DNA of 64,000 bases from Pseudomonadota bacterium (lineage in GTDB: Bacteria > Pseudomonadota > Gammaproteobacteria > Burkholderiales > Burkholderiaceae_C). Each line of letters opens with the position of its first letter. Position 1 is the stretch's first letter. The translations under genes were made by a program, and so were the position numbers. Positions 46,237 to 58,424 of this stretch are shown piece by piece. The DNA is taken from contig JAFEEB010000021.1 in the NCBI GenBank assembly GCA_018241325.1, positions 45,292-109,291 of the forward strand, read 5' to 3'. The notes under the pieces are model-generated. The model was not told the origin of the DNA. It did not search any database and saw only the letters and a list, made by a program, of their open reading frames with translations.

Positions 46237-47544
46237 ATGGCCAAAGCCTCCCGCATCACCGCCATCAAGGGCATGAACGACATCCTGCCGCCCGCGTCAG
46301 CGCGCTGGGAATGGCTGGAGGACGTGGTGCGCCGCGCCATGGCCGCGCACGCGTTTCGCAATCTGCGCACGCCCATCATGGAGCACACGCAGCTGTTCAC
46401 GCGCGGCCTGGGCGAGGTGACCGACGTCGTCGAAAAGGAGATGTATTCCTTTGAAGACCGGCCCGACCAGCACGGCCAGGCCGACCACCTGAGCCTGCGC
46501 CCCGAAAACACCGCCGGCGTGGTGCGAGCCGTGGCCGAGCACAACCTGCTGTACGACGGTGGCAAGCGCCTGTACTACATGGGCCCCATGTTCCGGCGCG
46601 AGCGCCCGCAGCGCGGCCGCTACCGTCAGTTTCACCAGATCGGCGCCGAGGCCCTGGGCTTTGGCGGGCCCGAGGTCGATGCCGAGCTGATCCTGCTGGC
46701 CGTGCACCTGTGGGCGCAGCTGGGCATCCAGAACTGGCGGCTGGAGCTCAACTGCCTGGGCCAGCCCGACGAGCGCCGCGCGCACCGCGCCGCGCTGATC
46801 GAGTACTTCGAGGTGCATGCCGATCAGCTGGACGAGGACGCGCGCCGGCGCCTGCACAGCAACCCGCTGCGCATCCTGGACACCAAGAACCCGGCCATGC
46901 AGGCCCTGGTCGATGGCGCGCCGCGCTTGCTGGACCACTTGGGCGAGGCCTCGCGCGCGCACTTCGGCGCCGTGCAGGCGGCGCTTGAGGCCGCCGGCGT
47001 GGCCTACCGCATCAACCCGCGCCTGGTGCGCGGGCTGGACTACTACAACCTGACGGTGTTCGAGTTCATCACCGACAGCCTGGGCGCGCAGGGCACCATT
47101 TGCGGCGGCGGACGCTACGACTATCTCATCGAGCAGATCGGCGGCAAGCCGGCGCCCGCCGTTGGTTGGGCGATGGGCGTCGAGCGCGTGCTGGAGCTGC
47201 TGGCGGAGGAGGGCGTGCAAGTGCCCGAGCCCGTGCCCGACGCCTACGCCGTCATCCCCGACGCGGCCCAGGTGCCGGCGGCCCTGCGCTGCCTGCAGGC
47301 GCTGCGCGCGCAGGGCGTGGCGGTGCAGATGCACGCCGGTGGCGAGGCCGGCCTGGGCAGCATGAAGAGCCAGTTCAAGAAGGCCGACGCTTCGGGCGCG
47401 CGCTTTGCGCTTGTCTTCGGCGCCGACGAGGTGGCGGCGGGCGAAGTCACCGTCAAGGCGCTGCGCGACGGCGCCGGCGCGCAGCAGCGCCAGGCGCTGA
47501 CCGATCCGGCCGCATGGGCGGACCGCCTAAAATCCCCCGCTTGA
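46237..47544 (+). CDS. hisS: Histidine-tRNA ligase
   Basis: IKGMNDILP, class II motifs ([24 protein letters not shown]; GGGRYD), and an anticodon-binding C-terminus. The longest ORF (45550) is an in-frame read-through from within ispG. Confidence 0.95.
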   Translation: MAKASRITAIKGMNDILPPASARWEWLEDVVRRAMAAHAFRNLRTPIMEHTQLFTRGLGEVTDVVEKEMYSFEDRPDQHGQADHLSLRPENTAGVVRAVAEHNLLYDGGKRLYYMGPMFRRERPQRGRYRQFHQIGAEALGFGGPEVDAELILLAVHLWAQLGIQNWRLELNCLGQPDERRAHRAALIEYFEVHADQLDEDARRRLHSNPLRILDTKNPAMQALVDGAPRLLDHLGEASRAHFGAVQAALEAAGVAYRINPRLVRGLDYYNLTVFEFITDSLGAQGTICGGGRYDYLIEQIGGKPAPAVGWAMGVERVLELLAEEGVQVPEPVPDAYAVIPDAAQVPAALRCLQALRAQGVAVQMHAGGEAGLGSMKSQFKKADASGARFALVFGADEVAAGEVTVKALRDGAGAQQRQALTDPAAWADRLKSPA

Positions 47545-47561
47545 TTCGATTCTGACCCGCC

Positions 47562-48236
47562 ATGGCCAAACATCTCGACCTCGAAGAACAGGAGCAGCTC
47601 GACCAGCTGCGGCACTTCTGGAACACCTGGGGCAACCTGATCACCTGGGTGCTGATTGCCGTGCTGGGCGCCTACGCCGCCTGGAACGGCTGGAACTACT
47701 GGCAGCGCCGCCAGGGTGCCCAGGCCTCGGCCCTGTACGCCGAGGTCCAGCGCAGCGCCAATGCGGGCGACGTGGAGCGCTTGGAGCGCTCGCTGGCCGA
47801 CATGAAGGACCGCTACGGCAGCACCACCTATGCGGCGCAGGGTGCGCTGCTGGCGGCCAAGGTGCTGGACGAAAAAGGCAAGGGCGCCCAGGCCAAGGCC
47901 GCGCTGGCCTGGGCGGCCGACAAGGCGCCCGACGACGGTCTGCGCGCCGTCGCGCGCCTGCGCCTGGCCTCGCTGCAAACCGGCGACAAGGCCTATGACG
48001 AGGCGCTCAAGACCTTGTCGGCGAGCTTTCCCGCCGACTTCGTGCCACTGGCGGCCGACCGCCGCGGCGACGTGTTGCTGCTGCAAGGCAAGCGCAGCGA
48101 AGCGGCCGCCGAGTTCGGCAAGGCCTACCAGGGCCTGGGCAGCGGCCGTGGCGACTATCGCCAGTTGGTGGCCATCAAGCTCAACGCCCTGGGCATCGAT
48201 CCGGACGCGGGCGCCAAGCCCGGCGCGGCTTCATGA
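47562..48236 (+). CDS. YfgM-like membrane-anchored TPR protein
   Basis: N-terminal EEQEQLDQLRHFWNTWGNLITWVLIAVLGAYAAW (acidic region, then a TM helix), followed by TPR-like repeats. It sits in the conserved hisS-yfgM-bamB-der context. Confidence 0.75.
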   Translation: MAKHLDLEEQEQLDQLRHFWNTWGNLITWVLIAVLGAYAAWNGWNYWQRRQGAQASALYAEVQRSANAGDVERLERSLADMKDRYGSTTYAAQGALLAAKVLDEKGKGAQAKAALAWAADKAPDDGLRAVARLRLASLQTGDKAYDEALKTLSASFPADFVPLAADRRGDVLLLQGKRSEAAAEFGKAYQGLGSGRGDYRQLVAIKLNALGIDPDAGAKPGAAS

Positions 48237-49363
48237 GCCGCCGCTTCAACCCCCGCGCCTGGCTGGGCACGCTGGCCGCCGCCGCCGTGCTGGCAGGCTG
48301 CGCCGCCGGCTCGCCCCGGCCCACGCCGGCCGAGCTGCCGCCCAACGTCGATCTGATCGGCGTGCGCCAGGCCTGGCATGCCAAGCTGGCGCCGATCGAT
48401 TTCCCGCTGCAAGTGCATACCCAGGGCAGCCAGGTGCTGCTGGCCACGGGCGAGGGCACGGTCACCACGCTGGATGCGCGCACCGGCGGGGTGATCGGAC
48501 AAGTCAGCGCGGGCGCGCCGTTGTCGGCCGGCGTCGGCAGCGACGGCACGGTCAGTGCCGTCGTCACCCGAGCCAACCAGGTGGTCGCGCTGGAAGGCGG
48601 GCGCGAGCTGTGGCGCCACCGCCTGCCCACGCAAAGCTACACCGCGCCGCTGGTGGCCGGAGGGCGCGTGTTCGTGCTGGGGGCCGACCGCTCGCTCACC
48701 GCGCTGGACGGGAAGAGCGGCGCCAAACTGTGGAGCCTGCAACGCCCGGCCGAGCCGCTGGTGCTGCGCCAGGCCGGCGTGCTGCTGGCGGTGGGCAACA
48801 CCCTGGTGGCCGGCATGGCCGGGCGCATGGTCGGCATCAACCCCGACGACGGCGGCGTGCGCTGGGAAGCGCCGATTGCCGCCGCCCGTGGCACCAACGA
48901 CGTCGAACGCCTGGTGGACCTGGTGGGGCCTGTCAGCCGCCAGGGCTCCGTGGTCTGTGCGCGTGCCTTCCAAACCGCCATTGGCTGCGTGGACGCCGCC
49001 GACGGCACCTTGCGCTGGAGCAAGCCGGCCAACGGCGCCACGGGCCTGGCCGGCGACGGCCAGCAGCTGTATGGTGCCGAGGCCGACGGACAGGTCATGG
49101 CCTGGCGCGCCGACACGGGCGAGCGCGCCTGGCAGACCGAGCGCCTGAAATGGCGCCAGCTGACCGGCCCGCTGGTGCTGGGCCGCTCCATCGTGGTGGG
49201 CGACAGCACGGGCCTGGTGCACCTGCTCTCGCGCCAGGACGGCAGCGCCATGGATCGCTTTGCCACGGACGGCTCGGGCATCGCCGCCACGCCGGTGGCG
49301 GCCGGCAACACGCTGGTGGTGGTCACGCGTTCGGGCGGTGTGTACGGATACCGTCCTCAGTGA
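48233..49363 (+). CDS. bamB: Outer membrane protein assembly factor BamB
   Basis: Lipobox LAGC and PQQ-like beta-propeller repeats. Its ATG overlaps the yfgM-like stop. Confidence 0.88.
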   Translation: MSRRFNPRAWLGTLAAAAVLAGCAAGSPRPTPAELPPNVDLIGVRQAWHAKLAPIDFPLQVHTQGSQVLLATGEGTVTTLDARTGGVIGQVSAGAPLSAGVGSDGTVSAVVTRANQVVALEGGRELWRHRLPTQSYTAPLVAGGRVFVLGADRSLTALDGKSGAKLWSLQRPAEPLVLRQAGVLLAVGNTLVAGMAGRMVGINPDDGGVRWEAPIAAARGTNDVERLVDLVGPVSRQGSVVCARAFQTAIGCVDAADGTLRWSKPANGATGLAGDGQQLYGAEADGQVMAWRADTGERAWQTERLKWRQLTGPLVLGRSIVVGDSTGLVHLLSRQDGSAMDRFATDGSGIAATPVAAGNTLVVVTRSGGVYGYRPQ

Positions 49364-49382
49364 TTTTTCCGAAAGTGCGCGA

Positions 49383-50723
49383 GTGAAACCCGTCCTGGCC
49401 CTGGTGGGCCGCCCCAACGTCGGCAAGTCCACGCTGTTCAACCGGCTGACCAAAAGCCGCGATGCGATCGTGGCCGACTTTGCCGGCCTCACGCGCGACC
49501 GCCACTATGGCCAGGGCCATCTGGGCGCGCGCGAATACATCGTCATCGACACGGGCGGCTTCGAGCCCACGGCCGAATCGGGCATCTACAAGGAGATGGC
49601 CAAGCAGACGCGCCAGGCCGTGGCCGAGGCCGATGTCGTCGTCTTCATCGTCGATGGGCGCGCCGGCCTGTCGGCGCAGGACCACGACATCGCCAATTAC
49701 CTGCGCCGCCTGGGCAAGCCCTGCCTGCTGGTGGCCAACAAGGCCGAGGGCATGACCGAGGGCGCGCAACTGGCCGAGTTCTATGAACTGGGTCTGGGCG
49801 CCGTGGTGCCCGTGTCCGCCGCTCACGGCCAGGGCGTGCGCGGCATGCTCGAGGCCGCGCTGGACGCGCTGGCCCTGCCCGAGGGCGAAGAGGCCGAGGA
49901 GCCCGAGGACGACGGCAGCATCCGCCTGGCGGTGGCCGGGCGGCCCAACGTGGGCAAGTCCACCCTCATCAACACCTGGCTGGGCGAAGAGCGCCTGGTG
50001 GCCTTCGACCTGCCCGGCACCACTCGCGACGCCATTCGTGTGCCGTTCGAGAAGAACGGGCAAAAATTCTCGCTGATCGACACCGCAGGCCTGCGCCGCA
50101 AGGGCAAGGTGTTCGAGGCGATCGAGAAGTTTTCCGTCGTCAAGACCTTGCAGGCCATCGAGTCGGCGCACGTCGTGCTGCTGCTGCTCGACGCCACGCA
50201 GGGCGTGACCGACCAGGACGCCCACATCGCCGGGTTTATCCTGGACGCCGGCCGCGCCGTGGTCGTGGCCGTCAACAAGTGGGATGCGGTGGACGCCTAC
50301 CGGCGCGAATGGGTGCAGCGCGACATCGAGGCGCGCCTGGGCTTTCTCAAGTTCGCCAACATGCACTTCATCTCGGCGCAAAAACGCCAGGGCCTGGGTC
50401 CCGTGTGGAAGTCGATCACGCAGGCGCACCAGGCAGCCATGTGCAAGCTGCCCACGCCGCAGCTCACGCGGGTGCTGCAGGAGGCGGTGCAGTTCCAGAC
50501 CCCCAAGCGCTCGGGCATGTATCGGCCCAAGCTGCGCTACGCCCACCAGGGCGGCATGAACCCGCCGGTCATCGTGGTGCACGGCAACTCGCTCGAGGGG
50601 GTCACCGACGTTTACAAGCGCTACCTCGAGGGGCGCTTTCGCAAGGCCTTCGACCTCACCGGCACGCCCCTGCGTGTGGAGATGAAGACCTCGCACAACC
50701 CCTACGCGGGCAAAGAAGCGTAA
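49383..50723 (+). CDS. der: Ribosome biogenesis GTPase Der (EngA)
   Basis: Two G domains ([14 protein letters not shown] and [14 protein letters not shown]; DTGG and DTAG; NKAE and NKWD) plus a KH-like C-terminus. GTG start chosen; the longest ORF starts at 49260. Confidence 0.94.
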   Translation: MKPVLALVGRPNVGKSTLFNRLTKSRDAIVADFAGLTRDRHYGQGHLGAREYIVIDTGGFEPTAESGIYKEMAKQTRQAVAEADVVVFIVDGRAGLSAQDHDIANYLRRLGKPCLLVANKAEGMTEGAQLAEFYELGLGAVVPVSAAHGQGVRGMLEAALDALALPEGEEAEEPEDDGSIRLAVAGRPNVGKSTLINTWLGEERLVAFDLPGTTRDAIRVPFEKNGQKFSLIDTAGLRRKGKVFEAIEKFSVVKTLQAIESAHVVLLLLDATQGVTDQDAHIAGFILDAGRAVVVAVNKWDAVDAYRREWVQRDIEARLGFLKFANMHFISAQKRQGLGPVWKSITQAHQAAMCKLPTPQLTRVLQEAVQFQTPKRSGMYRPKLRYAHQGGMNPPVIVVHGNSLEGVTDVYKRYLEGRFRKAFDLTGTPLRVEMKTSHNPYAGKEA

Positions 50724-50725
50724 AC

Positions 50726-50742
50726 GGGGCGCTTTTCGCCCC
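50726..50742 (+). terminator. Weak terminator-like hairpin after der
   Basis: GGGGCG-ctttt-CGCCCC lies 3 nt after the stop and is followed only by TT. Confidence 0.3.
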
Positions 50743-50827
50743 TTGCGATGGCGGCTGCCGTCCCCATGTGGTAAGTTCCCATTCCATTCCACCCCATTCA
50801 CTTCCATTTTGGAACACGGAGAATATC

Positions 50828-51073
50828 GTGAGCAACAAAGGGCAACTCCTACAAGACCCGTTCTTGAACACCCTGCGCCGGGAGCACATTCCGGTGTCGA
50901 TCTACCTGGTCAACGGCATCAAGCTGCAGGGGCAGGTCGAATCCTTCGACCAATACGTGGTTCTGCTGCGCAACACGGTCACCCAAATGGTCTACAAGCA
51001 CGCCATTTCGACCATCGTGCCGGGCCGCGCGGTCAATTTCAGCACCGCCGCGGAAGCGCCGGAGGCTGAATAA
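50828..51073 (+). CDS. hfq: RNA chaperone Hfq
   Basis: [65 protein letters not shown] start with GGAG 8 nt upstream. Confidence 0.96.
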   Translation: MSNKGQLLQDPFLNTLRREHIPVSIYLVNGIKLQGQVESFDQYVVLLRNTVTQMVYKHAISTIVPGRAVNFSTAAEAPEAE

Positions 51074-51126
51074 GCATCGACTTGACCCTACGTCCGCAAG
51101 GCGCCGGGCGCTTCATTTCTTGAAGC

Positions 51127-52362
51127 ATGGGCGCCGCCACGTCCCACTTGCCCCCAACCCCCCCATCACCCACCAACGCTTCGCCGCACGCCTGTGTCGT
51201 GCTGGTCGGGGTTGACTTGGGTGTGCCGCACTTCGATCGCGAACTGATCGAGCTGGGCCTGCTGGCCGAAACCGCGGGCATGCGGCCGGTGGCGCGCCTG
51301 GCCTGCAAGCGGCCGGCGCCGGACGCGGCACTGTTCGTCGGGCGCGGCAAGGTCGAAGAAATCCGCCTGCTGGCCGAGGCCGAAGGCGCGCAGGAGGTGC
51401 TGTTCGACCAGGCGCTCTCGCCCGTGCAGCAACGCAACCTGGAGCGCGCCATCGGCCTGCCGGTCAACGACCGCACGCTCTTGATCCTCGAAATCTTCGC
51501 CCAGCGCGCGCGCAGCCACGAGGGCAAGTTGCAGGTCGAACTGGCGCGGTTGCAATACCTCAGCACGCGCCTGGTGCGCCGCTGGTCGCACCTGGAGCGC
51601 CAGCAGGGCGGCATCGGCGGGCGCGGCGGCCCGGGCGAGACGCAGATCGAACTGGACCGCCGCATGATCGGCGAGGCCATCAAGCGCACCAAGGAGCGCC
51701 TGACCAAGGTCAAGCGCCAGCGCCAGACCCAGCGGCGCCAGCGCGAGCGGCGCCAGACCTTCGCCATCTCGCTGGTGGGCTACACCAACGCGGGCAAGTC
51801 CAGCCTGTTCAATGCGCTGGTCAAGGCCCGGGCCTATGCGGCCGACCAATTGTTTGCCACGCTGGACACCACCACGCGCCAGCTGTATCTCGGCGAAGGC
51901 GCGGGGTCGGCCTCGCTGTCGGACACCGTGGGCTTCATCCGCGACTTGCCGCACGGCCTGATCGAAGCGTTCGAGGCCACCTTGCAGGAAGCGGCCGACG
52001 CCGACTTGCTGCTGCACGTGGTGGACGCGGCCAACCCGGCCTTCCCGGAGCAAATGGCCGAGGTGCAGCGTGTGCTGCGCGAGATCGGCGCCGACCAGGT
52101 GCCGCAGCTGGTGGTCTTCAACAAGCTCGACGCGCTCGCCCCCGGGCAGCGTCCACAGCTTCTGCAGGACACGATGGACGTGGGCGGCCAGGCGCTGGCG
52201 CGCGTGTTCGTCAGCGCACGTACGGGCGAGGGCGTGGCGCTGCTGCGCCAGTCGCTGGCCGAGCGCGTGCAGGCCGCCGCCATGGACAAGGCCGCACCCG
52301 AGAGTTCGCCCGACGCGATTGGGCACAATGCATGGCTGGACAGCCGAGACATCGACGAATGA
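51127..52362 (+). CDS. hflX: GTPase HflX
   Basis: ALSPVQQRNLERAIGLPVNDRTLLILEIFAQRARSHEGKLQVELARLQY, G domain GYTNAGKSSLFNAL, DTVGF and NKLD. The exact start is uncertain. Confidence 0.92.
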   Translation: MGAATSHLPPTPPSPTNASPHACVVLVGVDLGVPHFDRELIELGLLAETAGMRPVARLACKRPAPDAALFVGRGKVEEIRLLAEAEGAQEVLFDQALSPVQQRNLERAIGLPVNDRTLLILEIFAQRARSHEGKLQVELARLQYLSTRLVRRWSHLERQQGGIGGRGGPGETQIELDRRMIGEAIKRTKERLTKVKRQRQTQRRQRERRQTFAISLVGYTNAGKSSLFNALVKARAYAADQLFATLDTTTRQLYLGEGAGSASLSDTVGFIRDLPHGLIEAFEATLQEAADADLLLHVVDAANPAFPEQMAEVQRVLREIGADQVPQLVVFNKLDALAPGQRPQLLQDTMDVGGQALARVFVSARTGEGVALLRQSLAERVQAAAMDKAAPESSPDAIGHNAWLDSRDIDE

Positions 52363-52415
52363 ACCCACGTTTCAATGCCTTGCGCCCGGCCACCTGGCCG
52401 GCGCGCATCCGGGGC

Positions 52416-53762
52416 ATGTTCAATCTCAACGACCCGCAATGGGGCCGGGGCGAGCAGCCGACGGGTGGCGATGAGCCGCCGCGCCCGGATGATCGGCGCC
52501 CACCGGCGCCTCCACCGCCGCTGCCGCCACCACCTCCCCCACCGCGCGGGCAGGGCCCCAACCAAGGGCCGCCCGACCTGGACGAGCTGTGGCGCGACTT
52601 CAATCGCAAGCTGGGCGGCTTGCTGGGTGGGCGTGCAGGCAATCGTGGCGGCCGCGGCAACAACGGCGGCCCGGGCGGCAATGGCGGTGACTTTCAGCCC
52701 AACATGAAGGGCGCCGGCCTGGGTGTGGGCGTGATCGCCGCCATCGCCGTGCTGATCTGGCTGGGCTCGGGCATCTTCATCGTGCAAGAAGGCCAGCAGG
52801 CCGTCATCACGCAGTTCGGCAAATACCACGCCACCGTGGGTGCGGGCTTCAACTGGCGCTTGCCCTGGCCGATTCAGCGTCAGGAAACGGTGCGCGTCAC
52901 GCAGATTCGCTCGGTCGACGTGGGGCGCGACTCGGTCATCAAGGCCACGGGCCTGCGCGAGTCGGCCATGCTCACGCGCGACGAGAACATCGTCGAGATC
53001 AAGTTTGCCGTGCAGTACCGCCTGAACGACGCGCGTGAATACCTGTTCGAGAGCAAGAGCCCCGACGATGCCGTGGTGCAGGCCGCCGAAAGCGCCGTGC
53101 GCGAGGTGGTCGGCAAGATGACCATGGACAACGCCATGGGCGACGAGCGCGACCAGATCGCCCCGCGCGTGCGCACGCTCATGCAAACCATCCTGGACCG
53201 CTACCAGGTGGGCGTCGAGGTGGTGGCCGTCAACATGCAGCAGGGCGGCGTGCGCCCGCCCGAGCAGGTGCAGGCCGCCTTCGACGACGTGCTGAAGGCC
53301 ACACAGGAGCGCGAGCGCGTCAAGAACGAGGCGCAGGCCTACGCCAACGACGTGGTGCCGCGCGCCGTCGGCACGGCCGCGCGCCTCAAGCAGGAGGCCG
53401 AGGGCTACAAGGCCCGCGTGGTGGCCCAGGCCGAAGGCGATTCGCAACGCTTTTCGTCCGTGCTGACCGAATACCGCAAGGCGCCGCAAGTCACGCGCGA
53501 GCGCATGTACATCGACACCATGCGGCAAATCTACGGCGGCATCAACAAAATTTTGGTGGACAGCCGTGCCGGCAGCCTGATGTACCTGCCGCTGGACAAG
53601 CTCATGCAGGCCACAGGCAACACGGCGCCCGCGGCTGCCGCGCCGGCGCCGGCGCCGTCCTCCAGCCCCGCGCCCGCATCGCGCCCGTCGACTTCATCGT
53701 CCACCACCAGCGACTCGCGCAACCGCGACAACGCGCGCAGCCGTGACGCCGATTTTCGTTGA
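52416..53762 (+). CDS. hflK: FtsH protease modulator HflK
   Basis: MFNLNDPQWGRGE..., a Gly/Pro-rich region, a TM helix, then an SPFH/band-7 domain. An alternative start at ATG 52359 overlaps the hflX stop. The longest ORF starts at 52332. Confidence 0.9.
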   Translation: MFNLNDPQWGRGEQPTGGDEPPRPDDRRPPAPPPPLPPPPPPPRGQGPNQGPPDLDELWRDFNRKLGGLLGGRAGNRGGRGNNGGPGGNGGDFQPNMKGAGLGVGVIAAIAVLIWLGSGIFIVQEGQQAVITQFGKYHATVGAGFNWRLPWPIQRQETVRVTQIRSVDVGRDSVIKATGLRESAMLTRDENIVEIKFAVQYRLNDAREYLFESKSPDDAVVQAAESAVREVVGKMTMDNAMGDERDQIAPRVRTLMQTILDRYQVGVEVVAVNMQQGGVRPPEQVQAAFDDVLKATQERERVKNEAQAYANDVVPRAVGTAARLKQEAEGYKARVVAQAEGDSQRFSSVLTEYRKAPQVTRERMYIDTMRQIYGGINKILVDSRAGSLMYLPLDKLMQATGNTAPAAAAPAPAPSSSPAPASRPSTSSSTTSDSRNRDNARSRDADFR

Positions 53763-53771
53763 ACGATGAAA

Positions 53772-53950
53772 CACCCCCGGTCTCCACACGCTGCGCGTGG
53801 TTGCGCCAACCCCTTCAAGGGGGCATCGTCCTTGGCCGGCGAAGCCCCGGCCACGCCGATCGCTGGCCTGGCCTGGTCGGCGGCCACATGGCCCTTTGGG
53901 ATTGATGCGACCTCGGTGACGCCCGGCGTCTGCGCCATTGCTTTGGAACG
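53772..53950 (+). repeat. Family-2 structured repeat, copy 2 (between hflK and hflC)
   Basis: The core 53772-53893 aligns with 30796-30916. The CCCC-ttcaa-GGGG and TGGCCGG-cgaagcc-CCGGCCA hairpins are present, and the 18-nt block GATCGCTGGCCTGGCCTG is shared. Confidence 0.8.
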
Positions 53951-53959
53951 CCTTACCTC

Positions 53960-54850
53960 ATGAACAAACTCGGTTTTATCGGCGTCGCCGTTCTGATTCT
54001 TCTCGGGCTGCTCAGCTCCATGCTGTTCGTGGTCGATCAGCGCCAGTTCGGCGTGGTGTATCAGCTCGGCCAGATCAAGGACGTGATCACCCAGCCCGGC
54101 CTGAACTTCAAGCTGCCGCCGCCGTTCCAGAACGTCAGCTATATCGACAAGCGCCTGCTCACGCTCGACAGCACCGACACCGAGCCGCTGCTGACGGCCG
54201 AGAAGCAGCGCGTGGTGATCGACTGGTACGTGCGCTGGCGCATCACCGACCCGCAGGCCTACATCCGCAACGTGGGCCTGGACGAGAACGCCGGCGCCAT
54301 GCAGCTCAACCGCGTCGTGCGCAACGCCTTCCAGGAAGAAATCAACCGCCGCACCGTGGGCGAGCTGATTTCGGCGCAGCGCGACTCGCTGATGAACGAC
54401 GTCAAGCGCGAGGTCACCGAATCCGTCAAGGGGGCCAAGCCCTGGGGCATCGACATCGTGGATGTGCGCCTGACGCGCGCCGACTACGTGGCGGCCATCA
54501 CCGAGTCGGTGTATCGCCGCATGGAGGCCGAGCGCCAGCGCGTGGCCAACGAGCTGCGCTCGACCGGCGCTGCCGAGGCCGAGCAGATTCGCGCCAGCGC
54601 CGACCGCCAGCGCGAGGTGACCGTGGCCGACGCCTACCGCGACGCCGAGAAGGTGCGTGGCGCGGGCGATGCGCAGGCCACCGCCACCTACGGCGAGGCC
54701 TTCGGCAAGGACCCGCAGTTTGCCGAGTTCTACCGCAGCCTGGACGCCTACAAGGCCAGCATCGGCAAGAAGGGTGACGTGCTGGTGGTCGATCCGGCCG
54801 CCTCGGATTTCTTCAAGAGCCTGCGCCAGGCCCCGGCGGCGGGCCGTTGA
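53960..54850 (+). CDS. hflC: FtsH protease modulator HflC
   Basis: N-terminal TM helix, then an SPFH domain colinear with HflC (VVDQRQFGVVYQLGQ..., GIDIVDVRLTRADY). Confidence 0.92.
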   Translation: MNKLGFIGVAVLILLGLLSSMLFVVDQRQFGVVYQLGQIKDVITQPGLNFKLPPPFQNVSYIDKRLLTLDSTDTEPLLTAEKQRVVIDWYVRWRITDPQAYIRNVGLDENAGAMQLNRVVRNAFQEEINRRTVGELISAQRDSLMNDVKREVTESVKGAKPWGIDIVDVRLTRADYVAAITESVYRRMEAERQRVANELRSTGAAEAEQIRASADRQREVTVADAYRDAEKVRGAGDAQATATYGEAFGKDPQFAEFYRSLDAYKASIGKKGDVLVVDPAASDFFKSLRQAPAAGR

Positions 54851-54871
54851 CGCGCGGCGCCAGGGGCGGGC

Positions 54872-55060
54872 ATGAACGGCGAGACCCTGCTGACGGCCCT
54901 GGGCCTGGTCTTCATCTTCGAGGGCCTGCTGCCCTTGCTGGGGCCCGCCGTTTGGCGCCGCACCTTCTCGCAGCTGTTGCAACTGCATGACGGGCAAATC
55001 CGCTTCTTCGGCCTGCTGGCGCTGGTGCTCGGCTTGGTGTTGATGGCCTTGGCGTTATGA
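54872..55060 (+). CDS. DUF2065-family small membrane protein
   Basis: 62 aa with two hydrophobic helices (LGLVFIFEGLLPLLGP ... FFGLLALVLGLVLMALAL). This is the usual position after hflC in beta-proteobacteria. Confidence 0.7.
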   Translation: MNGETLLTALGLVFIFEGLLPLLGPAVWRRTFSQLLQLHDGQIRFFGLLALVLGLVLMALAL

Positions 55061-55089
55061 GCGAACTTGGCGTGCAAGGCGCCAGCACT

Positions 55090-55146
55090 TGAACCCTTCA
55101 GTTGGGGGAAGGCGCAACAACGCGCAGCGTGTGGAGACTGGGGGCG
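55090..55146 (-). repeat. Family-2 repeat, partial inverted copy 3
   Basis: The reverse complement CCCCCAGTCTCCACACGCTGCGCGTTGTTGCGCCTTCCCCC matches the first 40 nt or so of copies 1 and 2. Similarity is lost after that. Confidence 0.65.
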
Positions 55147-55199
55147 ATCCAGTGCGCCCGGTAGAATCTCGTTTTTAACAGCGCCGCCTAGGCCTTGCC

Positions 55200-56360
55200 A
55201 TGTCCGCCTGGCTCCTGCCGGATCACATTGCCGACGTTCTGCCCTCCGAGGCCCGGCACATCGAAGAACTTCGTCGCGCGCTGCTCGACACCGCACGCGG
55301 CTACGGCTATGAGCTGGTGATCCCGCCGCTCATCGAGCACCTTGAATCCCTGCTCACCGGTACCGGCGAGGCGCTGGGGCTGCAAACCTTCAAGCTGGTG
55401 GATCAGCTCTCGGGCCGCACTCTGGGCCTGCGCGCCGACACCACGCCCCAGGTGGCGCGCATCGACGCCCACCTGCTCGGGCGCGGCGGCGTCACCCGCC
55501 TGTGCTATTGCGGTCCGGTGCTGCATACCCGCGCCGAGCGCCCGCATGCCACGCGCGAGCCGCTGCAATTTGGCGCCGAGATTTACGGCTACCCGGGCCG
55601 CGAGGCTGACCTCGAGGTGCTGCGCCTGGCGCTCGACTGCCTGCGTGCCGCGTCGGTGGCCGAGCTCAGTGTCGATCTGGCCGACGCCCGCATCGTGCGC
55701 GCCTTGTTGGCCGAGGTGAGCGACGAGGCCCGGCTGCCCGCCATCCATCAGGCCTTGGCGACCAAGGACGCCAGCGCGCTGGCCGCCGCCTGCCAGGGCC
55801 TGCCCGCGGCGGTTTGCGCACCGCTGCAGGCCTTGATCGGCCTGTACGGCGACCACGCCGTGCTGTCTGAAGCGAAAAACGTGCTGGGGCCGGCACCGGC
55901 TGTGCGCGAAGCGCTATCGGATTTGAAGTGGCTGACCGAGCGCCTGGAGGGCGTGCGCGTGAGCTTCGACCTGGCCGACGCGCGCGGCTGGGGCTACTAC
56001 AGCGGGCCGCGGTTTTCCGTCTATGCGCAGGGCGCGGGCGACGCACTGCTGCGCGGCGGACGCTACGACGGCGTGGGGGCCGTGTTCGGCCACAAGCGCG
56101 ATCGCGAACGACCGGCCGTCGGTTTCAGCCTGGACCTCAAGCAGTTGGTGCGCGCTGCGGCGCCGCGGCCCTTGCGCGCCGCCGTGCGCGCGCCCTGGGG
56201 CGAGGCACCCGGCCTGGCTGCGGCCATCGCCGCGCTGCGCCGCGAGGGCGAGACGGTCGTGTGCGTGCTGCCCGGCCAGGAGCGCGAGATCGACGAATTC
56301 AACTGCGACCGCGAGCTGGTGCCGCTGGGCGAGCGCTGGGCCGTCGTTGCGTTGGCATGA
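55200..56360 (+). CDS. hisZ: ATP phosphoribosyltransferase regulatory subunit
   Basis: HisRS-like catalytic-core paralog without an anticodon-binding domain ([29 protein letters not shown]), in the conserved hflC-hisZ-purA context. Confidence 0.88.
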   Translation: MSAWLLPDHIADVLPSEARHIEELRRALLDTARGYGYELVIPPLIEHLESLLTGTGEALGLQTFKLVDQLSGRTLGLRADTTPQVARIDAHLLGRGGVTRLCYCGPVLHTRAERPHATREPLQFGAEIYGYPGREADLEVLRLALDCLRAASVAELSVDLADARIVRALLAEVSDEARLPAIHQALATKDASALAAACQGLPAAVCAPLQALIGLYGDHAVLSEAKNVLGPAPAVREALSDLKWLTERLEGVRVSFDLADARGWGYYSGPRFSVYAQGAGDALLRGGRYDGVGAVFGHKRDRERPAVGFSLDLKQLVRAAAPRPLRAAVRAPWGEAPGLAAAIAALRREGETVVCVLPGQEREIDEFNCDRELVPLGERWAVVALA

Positions 56361-56442
56361 ACATCCCTTTGGGTCGCTGCGCGCCTTTCGCTTTCTCTGG
56401 CGTCGTCGCTTATGGTTTTCGGTGCCATGGTCGCCGTGATGA

Positions 56443-57804
<1,362 letters not shown>

Positions 57805-57842
57805 TTTCCCCATCCGAACGCCACCAACCGGAGAACCTCAGC

Positions 57843-58367
57843 ATGTTGACCGAAGACGGCAAGCACCTGTATGTCAGCTATGACGAATACCACAGCCTGA
57901 TCGAAAAGCTGGCGATCAAGGTGCATCAGTCGGGTTGGCGCTTCGACACCATCTTGTGCCTGGCGCGCGGCGGCATGCGCCCCGGCGATATCCTGAGCCG
58001 CATCTTCGACGTGCCGCTGGCCATCATGTCCACCAGCTCCTACCGCGCCGACGAAGGCACCGTGCAGGGCCATCTGGACATCGCCCACTACATCACCACC
58101 CCGCAGGGCCAGATCGCCGGCAAGGTGCTGCTGGTGGACGACCTGGCGGACACCGGCGTCACCCTGCACGCCGTGGTCGATCGCCTGCGCACCAGCTACA
58201 AACCCATCACCGAACTGCGCACCGCCGTGATCTGGTCCAAGGGCTGCTCCAACTTCAAGCCCGACTACGCGGTCGAGGATTTGCCGACCAACCCCTGGAT
58301 CCACCAGCCGTTCGAGGGCTATGACGGCCTGACGCCCGAGCAACTGCTGGCGAAGTGGAAGGTGTGA
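57843..58367 (+). CDS. Phosphoribosyltransferase (type I PRTase, purine-salvage-like)
   Basis: 174 aa with PRPP-binding motif VLLVDDLADTGVT. The longest ORF (57303) is an off-frame read-through of purA. Confidence 0.8.
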   Translation: MLTEDGKHLYVSYDEYHSLIEKLAIKVHQSGWRFDTILCLARGGMRPGDILSRIFDVPLAIMSTSSYRADEGTVQGHLDIAHYITTPQGQIAGKVLLVDDLADTGVTLHAVVDRLRTSYKPITELRTAVIWSKGCSNFKPDYAVEDLPTNPWIHQPFEGYDGLTPEQLLAKWKV

Positions 58368-58424
58368 TCGGGCCACGCGCAGCGGTTCTGGTTGAAACGC
58401 CGGGCGCCGGACGGCTCATTTCGA

